Shown piece after piece: positions 53,132-64,000 of a DNA stretch of 64,000 nucleotides. Position numbers and translations under genes: made by a program. Each line of letters starts with the position of its first letter. Position 1 is the stretch's first letter. Where the stretch lies: contig CDRNVI010000070.1 of the NCBI GenBank assembly GCA_977017575.1, positions 124,001 to 188,000 on the forward strand. The letters are read 5' to 3'. Source of the DNA: Paramoeba atlantica. Its lineage: Eukaryota > Protista > Discosea. The notes below the pieces were generated by a model that saw nothing but the letters and a program-made list of their open reading frames with translations, ran no database searches and was not told where the DNA came from.

Positions 53132-53380
53132 GTTTTACCTCATTTGTGATGTAATAGTGGAGTATCCACTAGATCTTGGACCTTTAGGAGGCTTGCTTTG
53201 GTTGTATAAAGTCAAGGTTATAGGTTTATGTTTTAGCATGTTTTGTAGAGTGGATTTGAACATTGCTTCGTCGCAGGATAACTGATACTTGGACATATTT
53301 TTAGGATACTTGACGATAATTGTTTCCCTACCGATGAGAGAGTTATCTCTTATTCTACAACGTTCCTCAGCGAAGTGCAA

Positions 53381-53767
53381 ATGATTTTCTGGAATATGGC
53401 TTGTCTTACGATGTGTCACGGCTTTCTTGCCTTTTTTTCCTTTACCACACGTGCTCGGCTTGATACCTTGTGTGAATCTACGAACAGCGCTACTGGTGAT
53501 TATCCTACAGTACAAGCCATGGTATCACTTCTGCATCAGCTTTTTCTGCCATGTACGACTGGATGGGTAGTGATCGCCTGGGTCTCGTGGCACTTTGAGT
53601 GGTCACTTTACAAATTGTGGTTTGCGCTTCCTTTTGCTCACGCAGCGTTGTTCCTTCTTGTTCTGTTCGCTACTAGAAACGACTTCACAAATGAAATGGA
53701 GCACGCCCGCCGTGCTAGAAGCGCATTGCCAACATTGACTATACATGACGTGGACCAATACGACTGA
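53381..53767 (+). CDS. Small hypothetical membrane protein
   Basis: Frame open from 53282, first ATG at 53381; 2-3 hydrophobic segments; lies on the coding strand. Confidence 0.4.
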   Translation: MIFWNMACLTMCHGFLAFFSFTTRARLDTLCESTNSATGDYPTVQAMVSLLHQLFLPCTTGWVVIAWVSWHFEWSLYKLWFALPFAHAALFLLVLFATRNDFTNEMEHARRARSALPTLTIHDVDQYD

Positions 53768-54053
53768 CTTGTTTGAACGCTTGTGTTACGGTCTGCAAAC
53801 CGAATGGTTGCTTTGTGATTCCAAACACTTACAGTTAATGTATCCTGCTTAAAAGATTACTTCTTTTTAAAGTTAATTTTTTGTACTATGGCTGCTACAA
53901 AAAAAGGACAGGGATTTATGTGACAAAATGTTTGCTAGGGCATGGCTTTATCAACTAGATTAATAGTAATTTTTGTATGCGTGATTATGAGCAGATTCGA
54001 CTGCTTATTAGAATAACTGAAATTAGAATATATTCATACTGGATCTAGACAAT

Positions 54054-55199
54054 ATGGGGGATATCTCAGGGTGGTGGCTACCACCTCAGGACTTGAATCA
54101 AACTCCAACGTTGCCATTGGAAGCTATGTCTATGGAAACCATACAGGGTAATCAAGAACAGAGTACATCTTTTAAAATACCATCCGCATCGTCTTGCTCT
54201 TCTCAAGAAGCGCCGCGTTGGAAGGATGGCTCATGGACCCCGTGGATGACAAAGCCGGACAGTCGCCCCCCGCCCCTTATTCCCGAAGACAAGGTTGGTC
54301 GATTCGTTGTGTGTGAAAAACACAACAAAATGCGCATCGCTGCGGTGTGCGAAAAAGTCAAAGACGCTGACGGGAAGTTCAAACTACAATGCAAACCATC
54401 TGACCAATGTTTCATGGGGGATCCTGGCGTGGAGAACCCTACACCTAGTAGTGTACCGAACAGCCGACGTTACTTTGCATTCAAGTTTCGTGATAATGAA
54501 CCCCCACGAGTGTGCTGGAGTTGTGGAAGTCTCGCACACGAGGCTCCACAGTGTCCGGTTAATATTTGCCAGCGTTGCTTCACCCCCACCAAAGATCACG
54601 TGGGGGCACTAAAGCTGTGCACAGATGTTGCGGAGTTCGACGTTTGCAAACTTGTGAAGGAACTCGATGCTGGGCACCTTCTGGATCTCGCTTGTATCTA
54701 CTGTGGTGAGTCAGGTCATGCGGACTGTTCGAAGCCTCTGCCGGCGGGTCGCAAGTATTGTATCTCATGCGGGAATATTGGTCATCATGGCTTTGAATGC
54801 TCGATACGACTGCGTATTCTACGTCAGCGTCGTGAGCGAGCAGCCAAACAAGCCACGGGAGATTTTAGCTCCCCTGTTGGGTATCGTAGTGAGAGCTCCC
54901 CGGGTCGTGGGTGTTGTTTCCGATGTGGGCAGTCAGGGCACATTGCACGGGACTGTCCCGAGGTCCAAGGCAGACTAGCGTTTGAATCGGGTTACGTCTT
55001 GCCCTCACGGAATGATCGTAATGATTTGTACCGCACGGTTCCCAGATCAGAAAATAAACCGCAGGATACTGAACCTGAGGTACATAAGCGCAGCAGGCGC
55101 AATCGCGGTTCTCGAGCAAAAAAATTGTCTGTAGAAGATGGTCAAACCAAGGGTAAACGGTCGTTGCAAAAGGAGGCAAGAAAAAATGAAGGACGATGA
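54054..55199 (+). CDS. Multi-CCHC zinc-knuckle protein, Air1/2 (ZCCHC7)-like
   Basis: CWSCGSLAHEAPQC, CIYCGESGH, CISCGNIGHHGFEC, CFRCGQSGHIARDC, plus a degenerate knuckle. Confidence 0.75.
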   Translation: MGDISGWWLPPQDLNQTPTLPLEAMSMETIQGNQEQSTSFKIPSASSCSSQEAPRWKDGSWTPWMTKPDSRPPPLIPEDKVGRFVVCEKHNKMRIAAVCEKVKDADGKFKLQCKPSDQCFMGDPGVENPTPSSVPNSRRYFAFKFRDNEPPRVCWSCGSLAHEAPQCPVNICQRCFTPTKDHVGALKLCTDVAEFDVCKLVKELDAGHLLDLACIYCGESGHADCSKPLPAGRKYCISCGNIGHHGFECSIRLRILRQRRERAAKQATGDFSSPVGYRSESSPGRGCCFRCGQSGHIARDCPEVQGRLAFESGYVLPSRNDRNDLYRTVPRSENKPQDTEPEVHKRSRRNRGSRAKKLSVEDGQTKGKRSLQKEARKNEGR

Positions 55200-56404
55200 G
55201 GGGAACAATTGTATATACAATATGCAATATTGTACTAAGTGGTATCGATCGCGCCTCATTCCTTTTTATGCACGTAGTAAGTGCAGCAATAGTAGTCCAC
55301 ATTGTAGTAATAGCAGTTATTGTGTACGTATTTAGATGGTTCTTTGAAACACTTTCGATAATAATATCGATTACCACTAGGCTGAGCGGCAGCATAGCTA
55401 AAATATGCTGTGTACAATACACATTCTCAGCTCTAGATTTGTTTTTTTTTATCTTGTGCTCATTACTACCCCTAGAGTCCCTGTATTTTTCATTTATCTA
55501 TATCATTTTCTGTTAAACGCATGCCTATTTCTTTTGAAACATCGAAGGTCGAGAGGATCAGGCCCGATGATACCCTGGAATGCCTCACATTGCTTGGCAG
55601 GAGCGCTCGGTTCCGCGCAGGTTACCGCAACGTTCAGGTATGATTTTCGATGGAAAAGATGCGGTTCTTGCTTTGTGGGAACAGGCTTAGATGGGAGGCG
55701 GCTGCTCGATCTGTCATATTCTGCCTATCATACATGTAGGTGATTCTTCATGTGTAATACCTTTTCTTTTCCTCCTTGGATAGAGTTGTCCGGTGGTAAC
55801 AGAACGAAACACCAAACCACTAGGACAATGTCCACTGACAGGCGTGTGGAGGCCGACCCTCACTGAGTTGGTAATAACTTACGACCGTGTTGCCGAGCTA
55901 CTCATATTTCTTTAACAATTTCCTACCTACTTAACCCATTTGAGTACCACTAACATTTGTGGTACTTGTGTGCATTTGTGTAACTTATCCCAGGGGCAGA
56001 GAAGTCATTGATACAGTCATGGATACAGCTTCTCTACCTTGTTGCTATTTAACCTTAGTTCATCTTTTCTTTCCCCAGCAAACCCACGGCTGCCTCGACA
56101 ATCGTGTACACCTTCATTTTGGTCCCTACGTGGTTAAGGGAGTAGGGCGTCGCCTGAGTAGAAAGGAACTTGGAACGGGAACGATTGGTACGAAAAACGG
56201 TGGTATGCAAAATACTTCCGAAATCGGCCAGAATACATGACCTGTAGGGGGGGGTACATATTGTTGCCTATCACTGTAGACTGGATGGCCCAGACTTGTG
56301 TAGCTTGAATAATCTTGAAGCGTATGTACCTGTATAGTAGTACCTGTATACTTTGCTTTTGTGAGAAAATAAGGTTTCGAATATTTTTTCCCTGATACAA
56401 AGAT

Positions 56405-56746
56405 ATGAAGGCTTTGTGTAAGTTGAGCGTTTGCTGGATAACTGCGCCGAATAGCGTAACGGCCGAAAAGATTGCCAAAATGCTAGTAGAAAGAAATTTA
56501 GCTGCATGCGTTAATATCATTCCACAAGTAACTTCCGTTTATCGATGGGAAGACAAGGTTCAGAGCGATTGCGAGGTTTTAATGATGGTTAAGACGCGTA
56601 CTACGCTTGTAAATCAGCTTTGTTCGTCAGTTCGAGACATTCACCCATACGATGTGCCTGAAGTTATTTCTGTATCGGTTGATCAAGGCTTGCCCGAATA
56701 CCTAAAATGGGCAGAAGAATGTACTTCAGATTCTGAAAAAAAGTAG
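56405..56746 (+). CDS. CUTA: CutA divalent-cation tolerance protein
   Basis: LVERNLAACVNIIP..TSVYRWE...MMVKT...HPYDVPE. Confidence 0.95.
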   Translation: MKALCKLSVCWITAPNSVTAEKIAKMLVERNLAACVNIIPQVTSVYRWEDKVQSDCEVLMMVKTRTTLVNQLCSSVRDIHPYDVPEVISVSVDQGLPEYLKWAEECTSDSEKK

Positions 56747-56770
56747 AACACTGGCGTAGTTAAATTTTAG

Positions 56771-56897
56771 GTACGAAATTGGCTTCGATAAAACAACTAA
56801 GTACGGATAGTACGGTACTTAGTACGTACGAAATATGGGGTCCGTACTACGTTTAGTACGAGGTACCGCGGAGACGCAGTACGAGGTACTGCGGAGA
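56771..56897. repeat. GTAC-dense tract ending in a 20-bp direct repeat (period 23)
   Basis: 11 GTAC sites in about 120 bp; AGTACGAGGTAC(C/T)GCGGAGA at 56855 and 56878. Confidence 0.75.
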
Positions 56898-56901
56898 TAT
56901 A

Positions 56902-57675
56902 CAGGGGTGCAAATCAGATGCTGGAGGGGGGTCTAAAATTAGCAATGTTTGCGCAATTTTGGAAAATAATAGCGCATTCGAGAGCTCTCGCAGAGATCTA
57001 TGTTTTGGCGCTATTATCACGTTAAAAGAAAACAAATTTGAAAAAATAATTTTTTAAAGGGTTTTTACCCCCCCAAAACTTGCAGACTTCTCAATTTTTG
57101 CAGTTTTTTCCGTGCTTTTTTTGTTTTTCAGCTCACTATTATGCCGCAAAAGCGATCCCGCTCTAAGCAAAACAGTAAAAGCTTATCTGATAGATCACGT
57201 GAACCCCCGGGGAACACAAAATATTCACACAGGATGCTTCTCGTTAAAGATTACGAGAATACAAACTCCTACAGTGCCACTTGCCAAAGACAAGGCGTCC
57301 ACGACAGCAAGTTAAGTTGTGGGTTAAGCGATTTGAGGAAACCGGGGATGTTCTATTGAAAAGGCGGTTGATTACATTAAAACAGATGGTCATGACATGC
57401 TCATGAACACTTTGAACAGCATGCCGCGGCGTTTCGACATAGTAGTAGAGAAAAAATGGGAAACTTGTAATTATTGAACGTACAAAACTTTTCATTCATT
57501 TTTTGCATTTTGACGTTTTTGGGCTTCTCCTCAGTTGACCACACCCTTACACCCGGGGAAACCGCCTATCCAAATACATAGATCTCTGCGAGAGCTCTCG
57601 AATGCGCTATTATTTTCCAAAATTGCGCAAACATTGCTAATTTTAGACCCCCCCAGCATCTGATTTGCACCCCTG
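56902..57675. mobile_element. MITE-like non-autonomous element, 774 bp, with about 106-bp TIRs
   Basis: 56902-57008 (CAGGGGTGCAAATCAGATGCTGG...) is the reverse complement of 57570-57675 apart from two small indels; no coding capacity inside. Confidence 0.8.
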
Positions 57676-58074
57676 CAAAATCTACGTTAAAAAGTGCGTC
57701 ACCGGTAGTTGCGTTTTTATTATATTCTCCTGCATATCAATGGTCATATTCTGAATATTTATGACATTGTTTTTGAACATGCCTCAGTAGCACGTCAGGC
57801 TAACGTCCTAGACAGACTTTTTCTCACTTAGAAATACGCTCAAAGGATCCTTACTTGATGTATTTTGCTAAATGCCCTCAGCAAATGCCTGACGAAAATA
57901 CGTGCGGACTACAATGAAAGTCACAATTTTGAGAATGGTCAGTTGCACATTGCCCCGTAAAAAAGCACGTTTTTGCAAATTTTTGTGACAATTCTCAGAA
58001 TTGACCTGTTGAACGTTGGAAGCACTTTATTTGTAGAAATTGAATGGATTCTCATTTTTTCTGATTTTCTTTTT

Positions 58075-58347
58075 TCGAAAAAAATGGTAGTCATAAAAAG
58101 GGGAGGTACATGGAAAAATAACACCCGGGGTGAAGTGGACGAGGGAGATACCAATAGTGTAGTTGCGGCAGTTTCCCACAGGAAAAATGGCATCTCCACC
58201 TTTTTAGGCACCTGTCTTCATGCCATGAGGGAGATGCCGTTTTTCCTGTGGGAAACTACCACACCTACTCCATTGGTATCTCCCTCATCCACTTTACCCC
58301 GGGTTACACAGTAAAACCATGTTAAAAAAAATACCACTTTTTTTGAC
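58075..58347. repeat. Foldback (long hairpin) element
   Basis: 58123-58197 pairs with 58230-58304 (67 of 75 matches, 32-nt loop); weaker outer arms. Confidence 0.85.
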
Positions 58348-59123
58348 CCGGCTAATTATGCGCAATTTTATTCCAAATCCGGGTTTCATTTAAGTGGGGG
58401 AGACAGTATACCCTCCGACTTTTTGATGACTCCCCTGCATATCCTATGTTTGAAGTGGCTCCGGGATATAAAGATTTCGGGGACGGGTCTTTGCAGTTTT
58501 TACAGTTTTTTCAAGGCTGGATCGAATTATGGGCGATCTGGTCCCTTTTTTAACCAGTCGTCTCTTGGCAACACGATGAGCACGGCTAGAACAGTACTGA
58601 GCGCCTCTTTTCCTATTGCGTGCCAGCTGATGACATACACTGTACTGTACTTGTCGACTTGTCGATCGGCCGTGCAATTTCCCTCTTCGTGTCACCACTT
58701 TCAAACATCGTTTGAATGTCTTTGCGATCGTTCTGGGTTAATCTTCTGTACTTTGCCATGAATGAAGTGAAAAAAGTAAGGACCTGAATCTTATCTACTA
58801 TTATGTAGAAACAAAACTAGCCTTTTGTTGCGCTGATTATGACAATTTTTTAATTATACTGAGTATGCTAATTTGTTGCACTGACGTTGACAATCCACCA
58901 GGTCTCTCGGAGCGGATTAGGCTCGGGAAGGTGGCTGAACGATCTCAAAACGAGATCACGTGAGATCATACCCGTAGTCCCTTATACAGAGTATGAGTTA
59001 TATACATCAGAGTATCATTTAGAGTATGAGCTGTATATATCTCATACAAGAACGGCAATTTACCGAAATAGTTTTACTGAAATATTTCGATTACCAAACC
59101 ATAAAAGAATTCATGTGAAAACA

Positions 59124-60071
59124 ATGTATAATAATGAATCGAGTGAAGAAAGTGCCGCCGTTGCGTACGAGAAATTACACGTTCATAATGTTTATCAGGA
59201 TATTGCACATCATTTTAGCAACACACGATACAAAACTTGGCCTTTGGTTGAAAAGTTTATAGTTCACAACTTTTTCATCGAGAAACCGGAAAAGTTCTCT
59301 GTGCAAAAAACCAAAATAGGCATCCCTTCTGAGTCTGGAGCTAAGTGCTCGGACGAGACGTTTTGCGAATCACCATTGTGGATTGATATAGGCTGTGGAA
59401 ATGGTAAGAACATACCACATTTTGATTCTCACTATATCAGCAACGTCTGTGCGGATTCAATTAAGTTTGGAGCCCGATTTCCAGAATCATTCTCAAAATA
59501 TGAAGAACAGAATTCACGCACGCCCCGTGTGATTGGGGTTGATTATTGTTCAAACTTGCTTAGCATGGCTTCCAAGCAAGACATCCGAAGAGAGCTATGT
59601 GTTGGCAATGCGTTACACCTTCCTTTTCGCAGCGGTACATTTGAAGGCGGAATTTGTATTGCGGTTCTGCACCACATCAGCACGAAAGCACGTCGCTTGC
59701 AACTACTACGTGAAGCTGGCCGGGTGTTACGTAAGGGGTCAGCTCTGTTGCTCTATGCATGGGCTTTCGAACAGAAAAAGCGAATCACTGAAGATCAGGA
59801 TACATTTATTCCCTGGATGGCTAGTCAAAAGCAGCTAGGTAACAACAGTAATAAGGAAGAAGCGCCTTTGATTTCAGGAGAGAACGTTACGCACAAAGTT
59901 CGTAAGGAACCTGATAAAGGCCCCCCCTTTCTTAAGAAGTACCTCAGGTATTGCCACCTCTATAAGAAAGGGGAACTTGATTCGTTACTTGCCATGTGTG
60001 GTGATCTTTTTATCGTGGAAAAGACTTACTATGATAACGACAATTGGTGTGCTGTTGTTCGTCGAATATAG
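59124..60071 (+). CDS. TRM9: tRNA wobble-uridine methyltransferase, Trm9/ALKBH8-MT-like
   Basis: EKLHVHNVY..IAHHFSNTRYKTWP, DIGCGNGK, IAVLHH, RYCHLYKKGEL; first ATG at 59124. Confidence 0.85.
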   Translation: MYNNESSEESAAVAYEKLHVHNVYQDIAHHFSNTRYKTWPLVEKFIVHNFFIEKPEKFSVQKTKIGIPSESGAKCSDETFCESPLWIDIGCGNGKNIPHFDSHYISNVCADSIKFGARFPESFSKYEEQNSRTPRVIGVDYCSNLLSMASKQDIRRELCVGNALHLPFRSGTFEGGICIAVLHHISTKARRLQLLREAGRVLRKGSALLLYAWAFEQKKRITEDQDTFIPWMASQKQLGNNSNKEEAPLISGENVTHKVRKEPDKGPPFLKKYLRYCHLYKKGELDSLLAMCGDLFIVEKTYYDNDNWCAVVRRI

Positions 60072-60443
60072 CGCTTTAATGGTCCGTATTGCCCTACAGT
60101 AGCTATAGCTCCGCTAGGCATGCTTTCGCACCGAGACATACACGAAAATTCCCGGTTCCTGCACGTACCGTCGTTCCCTTAGAAATATCAATCCACTTTT
60201 TCGGCGTAAAGATGGATATAAACATCAGTTGAATTTTAAATTCCATATTTAAATTTCCTACTTTAAAGGGGGACACGTCTGGAAAGCAAGTCGTCCAATT
60301 TGTGGGTGGACCTTAGGGTCCCTTATGATAAACTTAACGATATAACAAGAGTTGTTATGAGCGACCTTTTTGCTATAATAACTTTCTCGTTCGTACATGT
60401 AAACTTTCTTATGTGACTTTCTTATGTAAACTGTATAGCTGGC

Positions 60444-60728
60444 ATGTCCATTCATGTGGTAATTAAAAGACGCAGGCAAACAGTTTTTCTGCAATGTCAA
60501 TTAAGCGACACAGTTGCTCATGTAAAGGAACGCATTTCAACTATACTTGGTTTTCAAGTAAATCATCAAGAACTATTCCACAAAGAAGTTCTATTATCGG
60601 ACTGTGCTCATTTAGAACAATTTGCTACGTTTACTGATAATGCAGAGGGGCTAGAGGATTTGCGATTCGAATTGTCGCCGAATAATATACACGACGAAGA
60701 ATGGCAGGAGTCCCATCACGAGAATTAG
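60444..60728 (+). CDS. Ubiquitin-like protein, Elongin B-like
   Basis: MSIHVVIKRRRQTVFL...TVAHVKERI..IL...Q.LF...LL.D parallels the Elongin B N-terminus. Confidence 0.65.
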   Translation: MSIHVVIKRRRQTVFLQCQLSDTVAHVKERISTILGFQVNHQELFHKEVLLSDCAHLEQFATFTDNAEGLEDLRFELSPNNIHDEEWQESHHEN

Positions 60729-60813
60729 AGGACCCTGCAATAAAATGCAAGGCTTGATTTGGGTTCACAATGCGCTTGCTCATTTAGGAATAAAATAAAT
60801 CTATTGAACAAGT

Positions 60814-62409
60814 ATGATACGAAAAGTTGCACTACGTTTTATAGCTCACCTTCGAGTTGCCGCATTATGGACTCTAATACTGTTGCTTTTCTCATTACTC
60901 TACCTCGGACCCATTTTCTTTGCACGTGCGTGGTATTCAGATGAAAATGCACTACTTCCTGGGGGTGCCACATCATTGAGCACGGATCCTAAGCACATTA
61001 CTGTGTACGGAATGTACGAACAAGAACGTGAAAAATCTTTAGCACATAACGTGGAACGTGATGCGCAACAGTCGACGATTCGTTTAAACAAGAGAAACCA
61101 CGTGAACACGAAGTCTCATGCTTCCGTTCCCCATCAAGGTTCATGTCAATTACACGAGCAACTTTTAGATGCCCCCGTTGAATCATTCACTTCATACGAA
61201 AAAGATAGCAAATTCAATTTTGCTGATCGCCTTGATTTGTACAGTGCAGCCGTACTACAGTTTTCAGCTATTTGCTCGAACTGTGAATACGAAAATATTC
61301 ACTCAGATCACGGAATCGAATCTTTGCGATTGGTAATTTTTACTCTTCGCGCGACACGACTGAACAGTAACGAAATTATTTTAATACACCTCTTCCACGA
61401 CACTGCGAGTAGTTTGCTTCCTAGTGTTATAAGGTTTATGGACGTCTGTGCTACTGCAGGATGGCTTAGTCGTGACTTGGTCATTGCCTTAACTGCACCA
61501 TCGCTCGGATCTGGCTTTTCGTTAAAGGAACATCTCGCAAGGCAAGGACTTTATACGTTTTGCATGATTTCACTTGATCGAAACCAAGTTCAAGACTCCA
61601 GTCAGCCGCAAATACAGTTTCGTGGCTTTAGTACGCAAGTACCAAATTTAGATTTTGTGAATTTAGCTGTAAAAATGGGTGATATATCTCGTTTACTTCC
61701 GCTTTTGCACCGGGACGAATTGTTTGCTCCTGATTTCTCTAGTTTGATGTACTACTGGATGTTCTTATTTTCTACATTGAAAAAACTTCCAGATAGGGAG
61801 CACTTACGAGCAGAATTTATAGCGCAGGATGTACCCAGTGTTTCTTTGATTATGCCGTCCTACCGTTGTTCAAGGAACATATCAAGAATAGAGGGCGTCG
61901 ATTCTAACACTACTGAAGACGCGAAGTTGACTTTGTGGCTTGAGCATTTCGTTCATTCTATCAGTAATTTAGAAGAGCGACTACATCACTCCACCAACCT
62001 TTGGTTTCCGATTTCTGCCAAATATTTCCTCCCCGGGAGCATTGTTCTAATATCAATTTACGGCGCTTTTGCCGTAATGATACTTTGTATATCGAACACG
62101 AGAGGCCTACGATTGAATTGGTTGGCGCTTCCATTGCTGTGTTTTTCGATCCATATCAATGACGGCTTGCGATTCGATTTCCTATTTGGATATTTCTCAA
62201 TAGGTATTATGATTTGGTCTACCAATATTTTGCTTAGTAGTTATATTGTGAACTCTTCACATGTACTTTCATTACGCTCCCCTACCCACTATGTGTACGC
62301 AATCACCGTTACACAAATGCTAATCGTGAACCCCGTTGCATCTTTCGTTTGGGCATCTTTAATTGCTCTTGTTTACGTTTTTGTCGGGTCAAATACCAAG
62401 AAGAGCTAA
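60814..62409 (+). CDS. GAA1: GPI transamidase subunit Gaa1
   Basis: N-terminal TM then WYSDENALLPG; PNLDFVN; ISNLEERLHHS; multiple C-terminal TMs. Confidence 0.85.
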   Translation: MIRKVALRFIAHLRVAALWTLILLLFSLLYLGPIFFARAWYSDENALLPGGATSLSTDPKHITVYGMYEQEREKSLAHNVERDAQQSTIRLNKRNHVNTKSHASVPHQGSCQLHEQLLDAPVESFTSYEKDSKFNFADRLDLYSAAVLQFSAICSNCEYENIHSDHGIESLRLVIFTLRATRLNSNEIILIHLFHDTASSLLPSVIRFMDVCATAGWLSRDLVIALTAPSLGSGFSLKEHLARQGLYTFCMISLDRNQVQDSSQPQIQFRGFSTQVPNLDFVNLAVKMGDISRLLPLLHRDELFAPDFSSLMYYWMFLFSTLKKLPDREHLRAEFIAQDVPSVSLIMPSYRCSRNISRIEGVDSNTTEDAKLTLWLEHFVHSISNLEERLHHSTNLWFPISAKYFLPGSIVLISIYGAFAVMILCISNTRGLRLNWLALPLLCFSIHINDGLRFDFLFGYFSIGIMIWSTNILLSSYIVNSSHVLSLRSPTHYVYAITVTQMLIVNPVASFVWASLIALVYVFVGSNTKKS

Positions 62410-62750
62410 CCACTTCGTCCGAGTTTGATCACGTGTCTAACAGCTTGTATATTTTTGCAATTTAACGAACTTATTGAAGGGATGACTACACCCAACGTAT
62501 TGTCCTTTGTTTATTTATATTCAGTTAGATTTGGGAAAGCATGCTGCAAATATTTAAGGCACAAAATACAGTGAAGTCCCAGTAGGTGTATACATAGAAC
62601 AACTAATTTCTACTACGCACGTCAAGGACTTATTATACCGGTGGAAAGATTTGGAAAATTACATACAAATTGTTTTGAGCAATTACGTCGTTATTTGTTT
62701 TGTCAACCTACGTGTTTTTTGAGCTACTATATAATTCACATTTTCTTAAA

Positions 62751-63119
62751 ATGTCTTCTTATACAACCGACTCCGGAGGAGGTCCTGTCAATAACAATAT
62801 TCCATCACCGGCCGCACTTCAAGCCGAGAAGGAAAAAGAGGCTCAACAAATAGAGAAAGCTGATACGTTCATGCGTGCCATGTTAAGCGCAGAAGCAAGA
62901 GAGCGCTTAAAGCGCATTGAGGTGGTAAAACCGGAGAGAGCTCGTTTGGTGTCTCAGCACATTGCTAAATCCGTCCAAACACGGCGATTGTTACCGCCAG
63001 TGTCGGATGACACTCTTAAAAGCATCTTATCATCGTTATCCCAACAGGAAAATGAGTCTAATGGACTTCGTAATCAAATTACATTTCTCCGTAAGACGAG
63101 AGACGATGATGATTGGTAG
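62751..63119 (+). CDS. PDCD5: Programmed cell death protein 5
   Basis: MLSAEARERLKRIEVVKPERA..V...I; ITFLRK..DDDW. Confidence 0.9.
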   Translation: MSSYTTDSGGGPVNNNIPSPAALQAEKEKEAQQIEKADTFMRAMLSAEARERLKRIEVVKPERARLVSQHIAKSVQTRRLLPPVSDDTLKSILSSLSQQENESNGLRNQITFLRKTRDDDDW

Positions 63120-63308
63120 TTCGTTCCAGAACCGTCGCATGCAGCAATAGAGGATACAAAGGTGCAACATATTCTTTTCCGGAAATTTTGAGGGTTTATT
63201 TTGGAGTTGGAGTAAGTTAATACAATGCATTACCGCTCTACATCTCTATTCACGAATTACAGTAATGTAAATTTCACTTTATTTTCTGCCATCTAAGACC
63301 TTTTATTA

Positions 63309-64000
63309 ATGAGCCGCAAGAAAGCTTTGGTTTGTGTGACTAGCCTAGTCACACCCGCGAATTCATGGACGACTTCTCCTATCTGCGCGAGGTCCCACAT
63401 TCCCCGTGTTTTTTCTTGCTATGAAAACAGGACAGATTCTGGAATTAACATTGGTTATTCGAACATTTTGGTAAGAACCCAGAGGAGGATCTTTTGCTAT
63501 ACTCGGATGTTATTTGGTATGGACGAAAGTGCATCTTTTGTTGAGCCACATACATTTCAAAACGTTATGGATCTTGGGTCTCTTCACAGTACTCCCGAGA
63601 AAATAGACTCTAAAACGGGTGATGGTACGTTGGACCAACTGAACTCCAGGACTGAATCGTCGAACTCTAATACAGAATCAGTTCTAACCTTTCAAGACCT
63701 TGCAGATCGTAGAGTACTTCAGGAAGAGACTCCACCAGAAATTAATGTAGCCTTGCACTTAACTGACGAACTGCATACTATGCGACAATTTGATCTGGCG
63801 CGCTTTATTCGATCCAAACGGAATGCACGAGTAACGCCAATGGAAGAATTCGTATGTACCCCGGGTACCCGTAAACAAACACAACTGTTGCTTGAACTAA
63901 TTCACCATGCCGAGGAAGAAGCTGAAGGAACCTATGGCTTCTCGAGTGTCACCCAAAAGTTCGGACAAATTGAAGAAGAAACTAAGAAGGCACTTCGGTC
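63309..64000 (+). CDS. Hypothetical protein, truncated by the window end
   Basis: Frame from ATG 63309 stays open for 230 codons to the window edge. Confidence 0.6.
   Translation, partial: MSRKKALVCVTSLVTPANSWTTSPICARSHIPRVFSCYENRTDSGINIGYSNILVRTQRRIFCYTRMLFGMDESASFVEPHTFQNVMDLGSLHSTPEKIDSKTGDGTLDQLNSRTESSNSNTESVLTFQDLADRRVLQEETPPEINVALHLTDELHTMRQFDLARFIRSKRNARVTPMEEFVCTPGTRKQTQLLLELIHHAEEEAEGTYGFSSVTQKFGQIEEETKKALR

Noticed and set aside
55196-55516. Hydrophobic 106-aa ORF overlapping the zinc-knuckle stop (ATGA)
   Set aside because: AT-rich UTR-like DNA readily gives hydrophobic ORFs; no motif; translational coupling is not expected in this system
55520-56240. Short broken ORFs considered as a mobile-element pseudogene
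   Set aside because: No identifiable RT, integrase or transposase motif
1-64000. tRNA, rRNA or spliced-leader RNA genes
   Set aside because: No cloverleaf/T-loop, rRNA or SL signature recognised by eye; tRNAscan-SE/Infernal would be needed to exclude them

Overview
Intron-free eukaryotic DNA with about 35 protein-coding genes, all on the + strand for the full 64 kb. This one-strand arrangement plus two U1-zinc-finger/RNase III (RNA-editing-type) genes and a PPR gene points to a kinetoplastid. The strong protein divergence suggests a Perkinsela-like lineage (inference). Housekeeping genes include VPS53, a GBF1-type Sec7 GEF, MCM10, TrpRS, a monothiol glutaredoxin, ERO1, CNOT10, RPC2, C1D, CutA, a TRM9-like methyltransferase, an Elongin B-like protein, GAA1 and PDCD5. 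There are also four SV2/SVOP-like MFS paralogs and two SR-protein paralogs. Highlight 1: an apparently intact 3,489-bp hAT-like DNA transposon (33825-37313) with perfect 23-bp TIRs, palindromic subterminal repeats and a 6-bp TSD. Its 874-aa transposase has Asp at the expected catalytic Glu position, and the element splits a host reading frame that is restored on in-silico excision. Highlight 2: five roughly 1-kb GC-rich islands that switch from C(A)-rich to G(T)-rich on the + strand, even at synonymous sites of RPC2. Highlight 3: several MITE/foldback-like inverted-repeat structures at 2.1-3.7 kb and 56.8-58.4 kb. All gene calls rest on motifs recognised by eye; no database searches were run.
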